Source: Spirochaetota bacterium (GTDB lineage: Bacteria > Spirochaetota > UBA4802 > UBA5550). From it: a stretch of 64,000 nt of DNA. Below the pieces are notes generated by a model, which was not told where the DNA came from, did no database searches, and saw nothing but the letters and a program-made list of their open reading frames with translations. Each line of letters opens with the position of its first letter. Position 1 is the stretch's first letter. The stretch covers positions 1,664,001 to 1,728,000 of the forward strand of contig CAXXHB010000003.1 in assembly GCA_963664815.2 (NCBI GenBank), given 5' to 3'. The translations under genes were made by a program, and so were the position numbers. Positions 1-10,227 of this stretch are shown here, in pieces.

Positions 1-2026
1 TTCCGCCAGGCTTCTGCCTGAAACAGGCTGGATGCAGGGCGTTCTTGTCGACATTACAGAGCTTAAAAATACACAGGATGCCCTCCGTATAAGTGAGAAC
101 AAGTACAGAAGAATATTTGAAAATGTACAGGATGTGGTCTATCAGGTTGATCTTTCGGGAACTATTATCGAAGTCAGCCCCTCAATAGAGACTTTCTCCG
201 GTTATAAGCGTTCTGAACTGATTGGAACGTCCGTTCTGGATATTTACCATAATCCGCTGGAAAGGGAACGGTTTTTAAAAATGATTTCCGTTAACAGCAG
301 TGTTATTGATTACGAATTAGAGATGAAATTAAATAGTAACAGCCTGATTACAGTTGCTGCAAATTCTCATTTAATATATGATCAGGATGGGAGACCGGCG
401 GGAATTGAAGGTTCACTTCATGATATTACACTGCGCAAAAAGGTGGAGGAAGCTCTTATCAATGAAAAGGAGCGTCTTGACGGTGTGATCAGGGGTACCA
501 ATGCAGGCTCCTGGGAATGGAATATCCAGACTGGCGAGGCTGTTCTTAATGACCGGTGGGCTGAAATTATCGGTTACAGGCTGGAAGAACTTTTCCCGAT
601 ATCTATTGAGACATGGATTGCACATCTGCACCCTGATGATCTGTATAAAGCCCGGGATCTTCTTCGTAAGCATTTTAACGGCACACTCGATTATTTTGAT
701 GCAGAACTCAGGATGAGGCACAAAAACGGAGGCTGGGTCTGGGTGCTTGACCGCGGCAGGGTTTCAAAATGGTCTCCCGGAGGGAAACCTCTTCTTATGA
801 TGGGGACTCATATGGATATATCCGGACGTAAGGAGTCTGAAGAGAAGATATACCAGATAAACAGAGCTAAGTCGATGTACCTTGCAAGGCTGGGTCATGA
901 AATAAGAACGCCTTTGAGTGCAGTAACTGGAATGATAGAACTGGCGCTCGGCACCGATCTTGAAAGCGAGAGACTTGAGTATCTTAATACTGCAAAACAG
1001 TCATCTTCTCACCTTATAAGCCTTATCAACGATGTCCTTGACTATTCAAAAATTGAGGCCGGGGCTCTTGTACTAGAGTCTGTTCCCTTTAATCCACTTG
1101 AAGAGATACGGAATGTAATATCAATTTTTAAATATATCTGTTCAGAAAAAAACATATACCTGAACCTCAATGCGGATAATAATACATTGAATTACTGTTT
1201 TTCAGGTGATCCGACGCGTTTCAGGCAGGTTATTATCAACATTATAGGTAATGCCGTGAAGTTTACTGAAACCGGCGGCATTAATGTAATCATGGAATAT
1301 TCGGACGTCGGTTTTACTGACGGTATCGTTAATCTCAATATCAGGATTAAGGATACCGGTACTGGTATTCCGGCAGAGAAAATTGATATTATTTTCGATA
1401 ATTTCTCACAGGCAGAACCCGGCATATCGGGGAAGTATGGCGGATCTGGCCTTGGACTTGCAATTACCAGGGAACTTGTTGAAATGATGGGTGGGCGGGT
1501 AATGGTTGAAAGTTCCCCAGGCAAAGGGAGCCTTTTTATTATTGATATACCGTTGAAAACAGCATGTATGCGTGAAGGAGCTGCCACTGAAGCGATTGAA
1601 GAAAGAATGCATGAATGCCGGATTAACTGCAATACGGGCTACTCGGTTCTTGTTGCAGAAGATAACCCGGTTATAATGAAGCTGGTCTCTGTATTGCTGG
1701 GGAAAAACGGTTTCATGGTAACCGGAGCTGTTAATGGAGCAGAAGTAATTGAAACCCTGTCTGAAAAAAGGTTTGATGTCGTTCTTATGGACCTGGAAAT
1801 GCCTGTTTTTGACGGGCTTGAAACAGCCGGGAGAATAAGGAGTGGCATAGCGGGGGGAGAAAATATAGATATACCGATTATTGCGCTTACAGCTCATAAA
1901 TCGGATGAAATTAACAGCAAATGCATTGAAGCTGGTATGGATGGTATACTGCTAAAACCTATGAAGATTGATCTCTTTATATCGATGGTTAAAAGCCTTA
2001 TTGAGACAAAAGGCAGGAATTGTTAA
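1..2026 (+). CDS. PAS-domain hybrid sensor histidine kinase/response regulator (5' end lies outside the window)
   Basis: The frame is open from base 2 up to the first Met at 32. Two PAS/PAC domains, H-box LGHEIRTPL, N-box NIIGNAVKFT, G-boxes DTGTGI and GGSGLGL, C-terminal REC domain (AEDN, LMDLEMP). Confidence 0.93.
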   Translation, partial: SARLLPETGWMQGVLVDITELKNTQDALRISENKYRRIFENVQDVVYQVDLSGTIIEVSPSIETFSGYKRSELIGTSVLDIYHNPLERERFLKMISVNSSVIDYELEMKLNSNSLITVAANSHLIYDQDGRPAGIEGSLHDITLRKKVEEALINEKERLDGVIRGTNAGSWEWNIQTGEAVLNDRWAEIIGYRLEELFPISIETWIAHLHPDDLYKARDLLRKHFNGTLDYFDAELRMRHKNGGWVWVLDRGRVSKWSPGGKPLLMMGTHMDISGRKESEEKIYQINRAKSMYLARLGHEIRTPLSAVTGMIELALGTDLESERLEYLNTAKQSSSHLISLINDVLDYSKIEAGALVLESVPFNPLEEIRNVISIFKYICSEKNIYLNLNADNNTLNYCFSGDPTRFRQVIINIIGNAVKFTETGGINVIMEYSDVGFTDGIVNLNIRIKDTGTGIPAEKIDIIFDNFSQAEPGISGKYGGSGLGLAITRELVEMMGGRVMVESSPGKGSLFIIDIPLKTACMREGAATEAIEERMHECRINCNTGYSVLVAEDNPVIMKLVSVLLGKNGFMVTGAVNGAEVIETLSEKRFDVVLMDLEMPVFDGLETAGRIRSGIAGGENIDIPIIALTAHKSDEINSKCIEAGMDGILLKPMKIDLFISMVKSLIETKGRNC

Positions 2027-2151
2027 CCTCAATCTGTTTGAGATCCTGCCAAAATACGTCACAGTCCCGTATATTATAAAAACAAATACCATGATATCGT
2101 ATAAGATAGACGTTAAGGCTGTTTCTCTGATTTTATAATTCCTATGTTTTA

Positions 2152-2217
2152 ATTGCGACTCCGGTGTTATTTCTGTCAATATTGACATAGTATTAAATTA
2201 TTCACCGGAGCCGCAAT
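2152..2217. terminator. Long hairpin between convergent genes, probable bidirectional terminator
   Basis: ATTGCGACTCCGGTG (2152-2166) pairs with CACCGGAGCCGCAAT (2203-2217), with one mismatch. The loop contains the palindrome TGTCAATATTGACA. Confidence 0.5.
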
Positions 2218-2266
2218 CACAACCGGGTATTTTTAGAGGAATAGCTTTTTTAATGATATATAATTG

Positions 2267-4423
2267 TTACATAAATTTTCTTGAATCATTTTTTATTGCT
2301 TCAAAGACCAGCTCTGCTATATCCATAACCTTAATTGTTTCATAACCGAGTTCAGTTACACCGTCTGAAAGCATAGTCATGCAAAACGGACAGGCAGTGC
2401 AGATGCTGCCGGCGCCTGACCTTTTGGCATTCTCTGCTCTGAAACGGTTAATACGGCTCCCCAGGTGTTCTTCAATAAACATCCGGCTGCCCCCTGCGCC
2501 GCAGCAGAAGCTTGTATCATGATTTCTGCTCATCTCAACATATTCAGTACCGGGAACAGCCTTGATAACATCCCTTGGCTGTGAATAGATATCATTATAT
2601 CTGCCGAGAAAGCATGAATCATGATATGTAATTTTCTCTTTATAAGCCTGTTTCAGCTTAATTTTTCCGCTCCTGACAAGATCGGAAATAACTTCTGTAT
2701 GGTGGAATACTTCAATATTATATTCAAGAGGTTTCCCGTCGGAACCGATACCTATTTCAGCAAAAGAAGCATATTCTTTCTTAAAAATATTATATCCATG
2801 AGGACATGTTGTAATAATCTTTTTAACACCGTAGGATTTGAATGTTTCAAGATTCTGTGTCGCAAGAGAATGGAACAGGTATTCATTCCCGCCTCTCATC
2901 GCTGCATCTCCACAGCATGCCTCTTCTGCGCCAAGAATACCGACTTTGAGACCGGCTTTTTTCATAATGTTAAGAAGGGCTATTGCAACTTTCTGGTTTC
3001 TTTTGTCATATGAAGCGGCGCATCCAACGAAATAAACATAGTCAACCTCGGGATCTTCCGCAAGCGTTTTTACTCCAAGATCAGCCGGGAGCCATGCACC
3101 TCTTTCACCGAATGCAAAACCATACGGATTAAAGTTTGTTTCCATATTCATGAAAGTTGTCTGCAGTTCGGGTGCCATATCCCCTTCCATGAGAACCTTG
3201 TATCTTCTCATATCGATTATTTTAGGGACATGCTCAATATTTACCGGGCAGGCATTCATACATGCTGCACAGTTTGTACATGACCAGAATTCATCAGGCT
3301 GTACTGATCCGGAACCATCAGTATTGTTTCCGATAAGAGGAAAAGTTTCCGGAATCGCCATGTTCTCAGCAGCAATAAGCTGAGGTATACGGATATCCAT
3401 ATTATCTTTTACATCATTGATCAGTTTTTTAGGGGAGAGAGGTTTTTCTGTGAGGTAAGCCGGGCAGTTATCCTGGCATCTTCCGCATCTTGTGCATGCG
3501 TCTCCATCCATCAGCTGTTTCCATGTAAACTCCTCTACTTTGTTTACTCCGAAACTTTCTGATGTTTCAAAGACTTCCGGATTGATTACAGGAACTGAAT
3601 ATCTGGTCTTTGGCGATTCATTTTTAAGATTTCCATAATATATATTCAGAAATGAAATAGCAATATGACCCAACTTATCTGTTGCAAGAAGTCCTATAAA
3701 ACTCCACGCTGCAACTGCATGTATCCACCAGTTGATATAGTGAGTAGTCCTGAGAACACCTTCTCCTGCCAAAGAGAAAGGCATAGCAAGAACATAACCG
3801 AAAGGTGATGCAACTTTTTCAAACACAGGAAAATCTGTAAGAGCAATTCTTATTGCTTCATTGACAAAGCCGCTGATAATAATCAGTGTAAGAAAAACCA
3901 GAGCAAAAGTATCAACTCCCTTTGTGTCGAGTCTTGAAGGCTTTAGTACATATCTTCTGTATATTGCCATACAAAGACCAATAAGAACAATCAATCCGAA
4001 TATATCGCCAGTCAGAGACCAGATTATATAAAAATTACCATGTATGAAATGATAATTAAAAAACAGCCCGGTGAAATCTTCCTGTATAATGATTGTTATT
4101 GTAACAAAAAAAAGAACAACAAAACCGAAAAAAATAGTGGCATGCATTATACCTGCGTATTTTTCTTTGATAACTTTTACCTGCAGAAAGCCATATTTGA
4201 TAACAGCCAGAATCCGTTTTTCGGGGAAATCTGTCCTGAGCTCCTTTACCCCATGTCTCCATATCTGCACTTTCTTAATAATAGTGTAGATCATATAAAA
4301 AAGAGCGGTAAACCCGAAAAGGTAAATTCCCCATCTCATAAATCCATGCGGTCCTCCGACATTAAAATAAAACTCGCGTGTAATGTCGGTATTTGCTATA
4401 CCAAAAGAATCGGCAATACTCAT
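2267..4423 (-). CDS. Membrane-bound Fe-S oxidoreductase with two CCG domains (HdrF/FadF/DUF224 type; candidate ETF:quinone oxidoreductase)
   Basis: N-terminal NarI-like TM helices with His residues. Two [4Fe-4S] motifs (CTRCGRCQDNCP, CTNCAACMNACP) and two CCG motifs (ACCGD, FCCGAGG). Start placed at ATG 4423 after GGAGGA rather than the ORF-track start at 4498. Confidence 0.88.
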   Translation of the reverse strand: MSIADSFGIANTDITREFYFNVGGPHGFMRWGIYLFGFTALFYMIYTIIKKVQIWRHGVKELRTDFPEKRILAVIKYGFLQVKVIKEKYAGIMHATIFFGFVVLFFVTITIIIQEDFTGLFFNYHFIHGNFYIIWSLTGDIFGLIVLIGLCMAIYRRYVLKPSRLDTKGVDTFALVFLTLIIISGFVNEAIRIALTDFPVFEKVASPFGYVLAMPFSLAGEGVLRTTHYINWWIHAVAAWSFIGLLATDKLGHIAISFLNIYYGNLKNESPKTRYSVPVINPEVFETSESFGVNKVEEFTWKQLMDGDACTRCGRCQDNCPAYLTEKPLSPKKLINDVKDNMDIRIPQLIAAENMAIPETFPLIGNNTDGSGSVQPDEFWSCTNCAACMNACPVNIEHVPKIIDMRRYKVLMEGDMAPELQTTFMNMETNFNPYGFAFGERGAWLPADLGVKTLAEDPEVDYVYFVGCAASYDKRNQKVAIALLNIMKKAGLKVGILGAEEACCGDAAMRGGNEYLFHSLATQNLETFKSYGVKKIITTCPHGYNIFKKEYASFAEIGIGSDGKPLEYNIEVFHHTEVISDLVRSGKIKLKQAYKEKITYHDSCFLGRYNDIYSQPRDVIKAVPGTEYVEMSRNHDTSFCCGAGGSRMFIEEHLGSRINRFRAENAKRSGAGSICTACPFCMTMLSDGVTELGYETIKVMDIAELVFEAIKNDSRKFM

Positions 4424-4765
4424 ATTATTTATCCTCCGGAGATATCGTACATGTAAATTATTAGATATCTGAATGCTGATTTTAATAAAAAACAGCATTC
4501 CTTTAACATCTGCATTTCATCCCGATTTATTTTTAAATTCAGTTTTTAATAGACTATTAATTACCAACTGTCGCCCGGGTTACTAAACCCGCACCATTTT
4601 CTTAATAATGCCGAGAATTGTCTGATAATTTTAAATAGCTGTTAATTAAAAAAAGAACAGGTTAAAAATTTGGATTAAGGTGCAGCCAGGATTCCTCATC
4701 CAGCTTCATATTTGTACATCTGTTACTGCAGTTACTGCAATGCCCGGCAGGCTGATATTCAGTTT

Positions 4766-5893
4766 TTAATCGGATAGATTTGTGCGGTATTCTTTTGGTG
4801 TTTTTCCGGTAAATTTTTTAAACATGGTGTTGAATGTTGACTTGGAATTGAACCCAGAGTTGTAGGCGATTGTCAGAATGTTCTGGTCGTTGTAGTCCGC
4901 GTTAATCAGTTTCTGTTTTACTTCATCAACACGGTAGCTGTTTATAAAGTTATAAAAATTCTGTTTAAAGTGAATGTTCAATATCATGGAAAGATGGTGC
5001 GTGGATAGAGAGAGTTCGTCAGACAGATCCTGGAGTGTCAGTTCCTCACGAAGGTAGGGCTTTTCTTTGATCATGAATTCCTGCAGTTTTTTCACATAAT
5101 ATTCTTCTTTAAATGCCGGCAGCCGGAGTTTTTCATATTTTGGCTGTGATACCATTCGATCATTGGGTATGGTATTTTCAATTATATGTATCCGGTTGAA
5201 TATTTCAGGCTGTAATATTGCAATAAAAGCAATTCCAAAAAGAAGACCAAGACCGCTGAGGATTGCAATAACATCATATAATTCAAGATTCTGTCTAATA
5301 TGATTTTCCCGTGTGTAAGGCAGAAATATTAAAATAACAGTCAGAATCAGAACAACCAGGACTACACGAAAAAGTGACAGCTTCATTGTGTCTATATCGG
5401 AAAAATAATCTTTCAGCCGCCCGATATATTTCTGAAGTATTACAAGGGAGAGAATATAGAGTATGGCTTCAAAAAACAGTCCACCTCCATTAATTAATAT
5501 ATTTGCATATATTATAATTTCCGGTATTTGTGGTGTGTTGAATGTGTAAAACAGGATGATATTGACTCCAAGAGCAGTTATGAATGGCACATAAAGCAGC
5601 AGGTATTTCTTTGAAGAAATATTTATCCGTGCAGTCAAAAGAGCAATGTATAAAAACATTGACGGGCCGAAGATAAATGAATATGGAATTATACTCAGCT
5701 GGTATGGGCGTGCCGGGCCGATGAGTCCCCTGGAGCCAAGATATAGTTCGAGCATATCTAAAGCTGTAAAAAACATAATAAGCGCAAGATACCTGTTGGC
5801 TATACGGTTGTTTTTTTTGACTAGCAATACAAAAAATAAAAATAAGGCCTGGATTGTGCCGAACAGACAGATTGTTTCAAATATTCCCCTCAT
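4766..5893 (-). CDS. AraC family transcriptional regulator with N-terminal multi-TM sensor region
   Basis: About 6-7 hydrophobic segments, then the AraC C-terminal signature FINSYRV..ILTIAYNSGFNSKSTFNTMFKKFTGKTPKEYR. Confidence 0.92.
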   Translation of the reverse strand: MRGIFETICLFGTIQALFLFFVLLVKKNNRIANRYLALIMFFTALDMLELYLGSRGLIGPARPYQLSIIPYSFIFGPSMFLYIALLTARINISSKKYLLLYVPFITALGVNIILFYTFNTPQIPEIIIYANILINGGGLFFEAILYILSLVILQKYIGRLKDYFSDIDTMKLSLFRVVLVVLILTVILIFLPYTRENHIRQNLELYDVIAILSGLGLLFGIAFIAILQPEIFNRIHIIENTIPNDRMVSQPKYEKLRLPAFKEEYYVKKLQEFMIKEKPYLREELTLQDLSDELSLSTHHLSMILNIHFKQNFYNFINSYRVDEVKQKLINADYNDQNILTIAYNSGFNSKSTFNTMFKKFTGKTPKEYRTNLSD

Positions 5894-6252
5894 ATTGTTT
5901 TTGACCTTTTTTTAAATAATTGTTTGCAGATTATGATTACGTGTCAAGAAATATGCTATTTTACAGTCCATCTGACCTTAAAACATAAACTAAAGAAAAC
6001 CGACATTATCAGCATTACAAATGATAGTGGTAAACAGAAAATATATTTGCAAGTTATACAATATTTAATATAATGTAATATCTGATGAACAGTACTGATT
6101 GAGTGATTTAATGGGTAAATACAATTTTTCATGTTGTATCAAGTCTTTATAATAAAGGGATTGAATTATTACATGTTAACGTCGGGGAATGTTCAAAGAG
6201 ACCTGTAATTGACGATTATGATTTCAGAGCAATCTGAGAAAAGGAGAATATT

Positions 6253-7113
6253 ATGGAACTAAAAGGAGTATGGCTTCCGGTTATCACCCCGTTTATTAAT
6301 AACGAAGTAGATTATATATCCTACAGAAAGCTTATTGATTACTACATAGATAAAAAGATTTCAGGAATAATTCCTCTTGGCACAACAGGTGAAAGCTCTG
6401 CCATCGAAGAGGATGAATTTATACAAATTGTGGAAACAACTATCGAAACTGTAAATAAGAGGGTACCTGTCTTTTTCGGTGTTGGCGGGAATTATACGGA
6501 TAAAGTTGTCCGTCAGATTAATAAAATAGAAAAGTATGATTTTGACGGGATACTCTCTGTTTCCCCTTACTTCATCAGGCCGGGGCAGACGGGAATTTTT
6601 GAGCATTTCAGAAGAATTTCAGATAATACCGCTAAAAATATAATCGTATATAATATACCTTACCGCACAGGCCGCAATATAGAGAATGAAACGATATATA
6701 AACTGGCTTCGCTTGAAAATATTAAAGGAATCAAGGATTCATGCGGCGATATTAAACAGACCATGGAACTGCTGCTTAATAAACCTGATAATTTTTCAGT
6801 TTTTACTGGTGATGACCTGATGTTTTATTTGACACTTACCCTGGGAGGTGACGGCGGTATACTTGCCGCTGCTCATATTGATACGGAGAAATATATTAAA
6901 ATATATGAACTTGTAAAATCAAATGATCATTTTAGTGCAGTGGAATACTGGAGGTCGCTGGCCGGTCTGATTCCGCATCTTTTCAATGAGCCCAACCCTT
7001 CACCTGTAAAGTACATGCTAAGGCGCATGGGTCTCATATCCAGCAGTGAAACAAGGCTTCCTCTTATCGATATCAGTGAAAATCTTAAAGCACAGCTGGA
7101 CATGTTTATTTAA
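6253..7113 (+). CDS. dapA: 4-hydroxy-tetrahydrodipicolinate synthase
   Basis: GTTGE, YNIPYRTG and GIKDS (Schiff-base Lys) motifs; AAGGAG RBS. Confidence 0.92.
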   Translation: MELKGVWLPVITPFINNEVDYISYRKLIDYYIDKKISGIIPLGTTGESSAIEEDEFIQIVETTIETVNKRVPVFFGVGGNYTDKVVRQINKIEKYDFDGILSVSPYFIRPGQTGIFEHFRRISDNTAKNIIVYNIPYRTGRNIENETIYKLASLENIKGIKDSCGDIKQTMELLLNKPDNFSVFTGDDLMFYLTLTLGGDGGILAAAHIDTEKYIKIYELVKSNDHFSAVEYWRSLAGLIPHLFNEPNPSPVKYMLRRMGLISSSETRLPLIDISENLKAQLDMFI

Positions 7114-7256
7114 AAATTTTTTAAAATCATACTTTACATTGTATATGCTTTAAGATAAAATATAACAGATAACTTTATCTTATCTATTAATTATCCGGAT
7201 TTCATAATTGTGTCTCTATTCTGATAATATAATTTATTTTTAAGGAGTTTTAATTT

Positions 7257-8264
7257 ATGAAAAAAGTATTATTCTCATTAGTCTCTTTTGTACTTGGTCT
7301 ATCTCTTGTTCTGGGAACAACTGCTTTTGCACAATCAGCGGCTGATTCAAAAGATAAGGCAACAGTTCAGGATAAAAAGGCTGTAGACGACAAGAAAGCA
7401 GCTGAAGAAAAGAAGGCTGCAGATGCAAAGAAAGCAGCTGAAGACAAGAAGGCCGCAGATGCAAAGAAAGCAGCTGAAGACAAGAAGGCCGCAGATGCAA
7501 AGAAAGCAGCTGAAGACAAGAAGGCCGCAGATGCAAAGAAAGCAGCTGAAGACAAGAAGGCTGCAGATGCAAAGAAAGCAGCTGAAGACAAGAAGGCCGC
7601 AGATGCAAAAAAAGCAGCTGAAGACAAGAAGGCCGCAGATGCAAAGAAAGCAGCTGAAGACAAGAAGGCCGCAGATGCAAAGAAAGCAGCTGAAGACAAG
7701 AAGGCCGCAGATGCAAAGAAAGCAGCTGAAGACAAGAAGGCTGCAGATGCAAAGAAAGCAGCTGAAGACAAGAAGGCCGCAGATGCAAAGAAAGCAGCTG
7801 AAGACAAGAAGGCTGCAGATGCAAAGAAAGCAGCTGAAGACAAGAAGGCCGCAGATGCAAAGAAAGCAGCTGAAGACAAGAAGGCTGCAGATGCAAAGAA
7901 AGCAGCTGAAGACAAGAAGGCCGCAGATGCAAAGAAAGCAGCTGAAGACAAGAAAGCCGCAGATGCAAAGAAAGCAGCTGAAGACAAGAAGGCCGCAGAT
8001 GCAAAGAAAGCAGCTGAAGACAAGAAGGCCGCAGATGCAAAGAAAGCAGCTGAAGACAAGAAGGCTGCAGATGCAAAGAAAGCAGCTGAAGACAAGAAAG
8101 CCGCAGATGCTAAAAAAGCAGCTGAAGACAAGAAGGCTGCAGATGCAAAGAAAGCAGCTGAAGACAAGAAAGCCGCAGATGCTAAAAAAGCAGCTGAAGA
8201 CAAGAAGGCTGCAGATGCAAAGAAAGCAGCTGAAGACAAGAAGGCCGCAGATACAAAGAAATGA
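7257..8264 (+). CDS. Exported low-complexity Ala/Lys/Asp/Glu repeat protein
   Basis: TAAGGAG RBS. Sec signal peptide MKKVLF..TTAFA/Q. Residues 48-335 are 24 copies of AAEDKKAADAKK. A terminator follows. Confidence 0.85.
   Translation: MKKVLFSLVSFVLGLSLVLGTTAFAQSAADSKDKATVQDKKAVDDKKAAEEKKAADAKKAAEDKKAADAKKAAEDKKAADAKKAAEDKKAADAKKAAEDKKAADAKKAAEDKKAADAKKAAEDKKAADAKKAAEDKKAADAKKAAEDKKAADAKKAAEDKKAADAKKAAEDKKAADAKKAAEDKKAADAKKAAEDKKAADAKKAAEDKKAADAKKAAEDKKAADAKKAAEDKKAADAKKAAEDKKAADAKKAAEDKKAADAKKAAEDKKAADAKKAAEDKKAADAKKAAEDKKAADAKKAAEDKKAADAKKAAEDKKAADAKKAAEDKKAADTKK
7398..8261 (+). repeat. Coding tandem repeat, 36 bp x 24
   Basis: Unit GCAGCTGAAGACAAGAAGGC(C/T)GCAGATGCAAAGAAA. Variants are synonymous except in the first (EE) and last (DT) units. 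Confidence 0.97.
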
Positions 8265-8370
8265 AATACATCAATGTTATATTCTTTTCAGAAATTTAAA
8301 CCTTGGCCTAAAGCAGACCATCTGGAAAATTGATTATTAATTATTATTGCATAAACGTTTCGTATTTTTA

Positions 8371-8412
8371 AAAGACAGCAGGGAGATCATAGAAAACTCT
8401 CTGCTGTCCTTT
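8371..8412 (+). terminator. Rho-independent terminator
   Basis: GACAGCAGGGAG ... CTCTCTGCTGTC stem followed by CTTT, downstream of the repeat gene. Confidence 0.7.
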
Positions 8413-8730
8413 AATGGATTTTCATATTTGGTTAACACTTCGACAAGAACAGATTGCAGCTTTTTGAATTAAAAAATGAAAGGCCGATCTGCCATGATTT
8501 ATAATTCTCTGTTATTTTAATTTAGAAATAATTACCGCATAATTTTCTCTATCCAAATGGATCGGTGGTTCAGAATTTTTTTACATTATCAAAAATAGCT
8601 GTTTTACCGGGTAGGCTTTTATTTTCTTATAAATTCTCCATGAAAAATCAACTCTGTAAATTTTAATTCAGTAAAAAATGAGAAGTGTTTAAGTTGTAAT
8701 GATTTATAATAAACAGTATATTAAAAGGGT

Positions 8731-10104
8731 ATGGGTTCGACGTATAAAATAAACTTACTGAATAAAAATCATGAATTTTTAGCATTTCGTGAACGGAATT
8801 CAAGATTATATTCTCATTTAATGGTTATACTTTGTATTATCATGATTATGGGGTTTTATATCCTTGATATTATTTTAAAACAGAACAATCTTCGTGAACT
8901 TTTGCTTGTCAGATCTGTTACAAGTATTATTTTAGTAATTTTATCAATTATTATCGCATTCTCAAGGCCAAGCCGTATACTCAACAAAATTCATATATAT
9001 GCCGGTTATTATATTGTTGTTATATATTCAGGCATTTTAACACACTTTTCTGGCGGCATACATAGCTCATATTGGGGTGGAATGAATTTTGTGCTGCTAT
9101 TCTGGTTAACGCTTGTCCCTTTTTCATACAAAGAGACTATTGCTAATTCATTCATTTTTATTACTGTTTATGATTCTATAGTATTAATGTTAAATACAGG
9201 TACTATCTCATGGGATAAGTTTACTGAGTATCACTTCTTTTTTTTCGGGACATTGATGCTCTGTTCACTGGTTTCATATGTTTCAAACAGAAATGAAGCT
9301 ATTATTTATACAAAACAACAGGAGCTAGAAAATGAAAGGAATAAACTTAAATTAAAAAATGATATTTTAGAAAGAGACATTTCTCTTGCCAAAAAAATAC
9401 ATTTTCAGCTGATACCAAAACCTGATCCTACTGAATATATCTACTCTCTTTACAAACCGATGCAGGAAGTTGGCGGCGATTTATATGAATTTGTAAGATT
9501 CAGGGATTCGAAGAAAATCGGAATATTTATCAGCGATGTTTCCGGGCATGGAGTTCCGGCAGCTCTTATATCATCAATGATAAAAACGACGATACTTCAA
9601 TCAGGAATGAGAAAGGAAAATCCTGCAGAGTTGATGAATTATATTAATGAGGTTTTACAGGATCAGACTGCCGGAAATTTTATTACAGCTTTTTACGGGA
9701 TTTATGAACATGAAAAGAGTTCATTGCTTTATGCGAATGCAGGTCACCCGCGACCTTATTTAATTACTGATAGTGGAATAACTCAGATTCCAAAAGGACG
9801 AAGTACTCCATTGGCAATGTTTCATAACAATATAATGGCCGGGAAAAATAAATCTTATCAGAATTTCGAAATAAATCTTCCTTCCAATTCAAAATTATTA
9901 TTTTATACTGACGGGCTGACTGAAACGCGTCCGATTAATGATAATATATTTTTCGAGGATAGTATAATGACTCGTATTTTTATGAAGCACAGGAATAATC
10001 CTTCCAGATTGTTTATTTACAAATTATTTCAGAGTTTAGTAGCTTTCAGGGGTAAAGATTTTTTTGAGGATGACATCTGTCTGGTTTGCCTGGATGTTGA
10101 ATGA
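8731..10104 (+). CDS. Membrane-anchored PP2C/SpoIIE (RsbU-like) serine phosphatase
   Basis: About 6 TM helices, a coiled coil, then VGGDLY, ISDVSGHGVPAAL, NAGHP, FYTDGL and EDDIC motifs. Confidence 0.92.
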   Translation: MGSTYKINLLNKNHEFLAFRERNSRLYSHLMVILCIIMIMGFYILDIILKQNNLRELLLVRSVTSIILVILSIIIAFSRPSRILNKIHIYAGYYIVVIYSGILTHFSGGIHSSYWGGMNFVLLFWLTLVPFSYKETIANSFIFITVYDSIVLMLNTGTISWDKFTEYHFFFFGTLMLCSLVSYVSNRNEAIIYTKQQELENERNKLKLKNDILERDISLAKKIHFQLIPKPDPTEYIYSLYKPMQEVGGDLYEFVRFRDSKKIGIFISDVSGHGVPAALISSMIKTTILQSGMRKENPAELMNYINEVLQDQTAGNFITAFYGIYEHEKSSLLYANAGHPRPYLITDSGITQIPKGRSTPLAMFHNNIMAGKNKSYQNFEINLPSNSKLLFYTDGLTETRPINDNIFFEDSIMTRIFMKHRNNPSRLFIYKLFQSLVAFRGKDFFEDDICLVCLDVE

Positions 10105-10207
10105 ATTAGACAAGGAACGTCACCTGGTTTATACAATAGAAATGTCACCATTCTGCCTGTAGCGGAATGATAAAAGCGCTCATCAAATTTGAGTATTTGT
10201 GTTGACT

Positions 10208-10227
10208 ATATTTGATGTATCAAATAT
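10208..10227. promoter_or_regulatory. Palindromic operator, probable MarR autoregulatory site
   Basis: ATATTTGAT-GT-ATCAAATAT lies immediately after a TTGACT -35-like hexamer, upstream of the marR gene. Confidence 0.5.

Noticed and set aside
6085-6240. Lysine riboswitch upstream of dapA
   Set aside because: Only scattered resemblance (ATGGGTA, AAAGGG). The AGAGGxGC, GCCGAA and CTGTC core elements and the P2-P5 stems could not be built. An Rfam scan would settle it.
7398-8261. 36-bp repeat array as a CRISPR
   Set aside because: The units are contiguous with no unique spacers, lie in frame in a CDS, and no cas genes are present.
7255-8340. Long alternative-frame ORFs over the repeat (7255-8076 -, 7367-8239 -, 7423-8340 +)
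   Set aside because: They are shadows of a 36-bp unit that lacks stops in several frames. Only the 7257 frame has an RBS, a signal peptide and synonymous-only variation.
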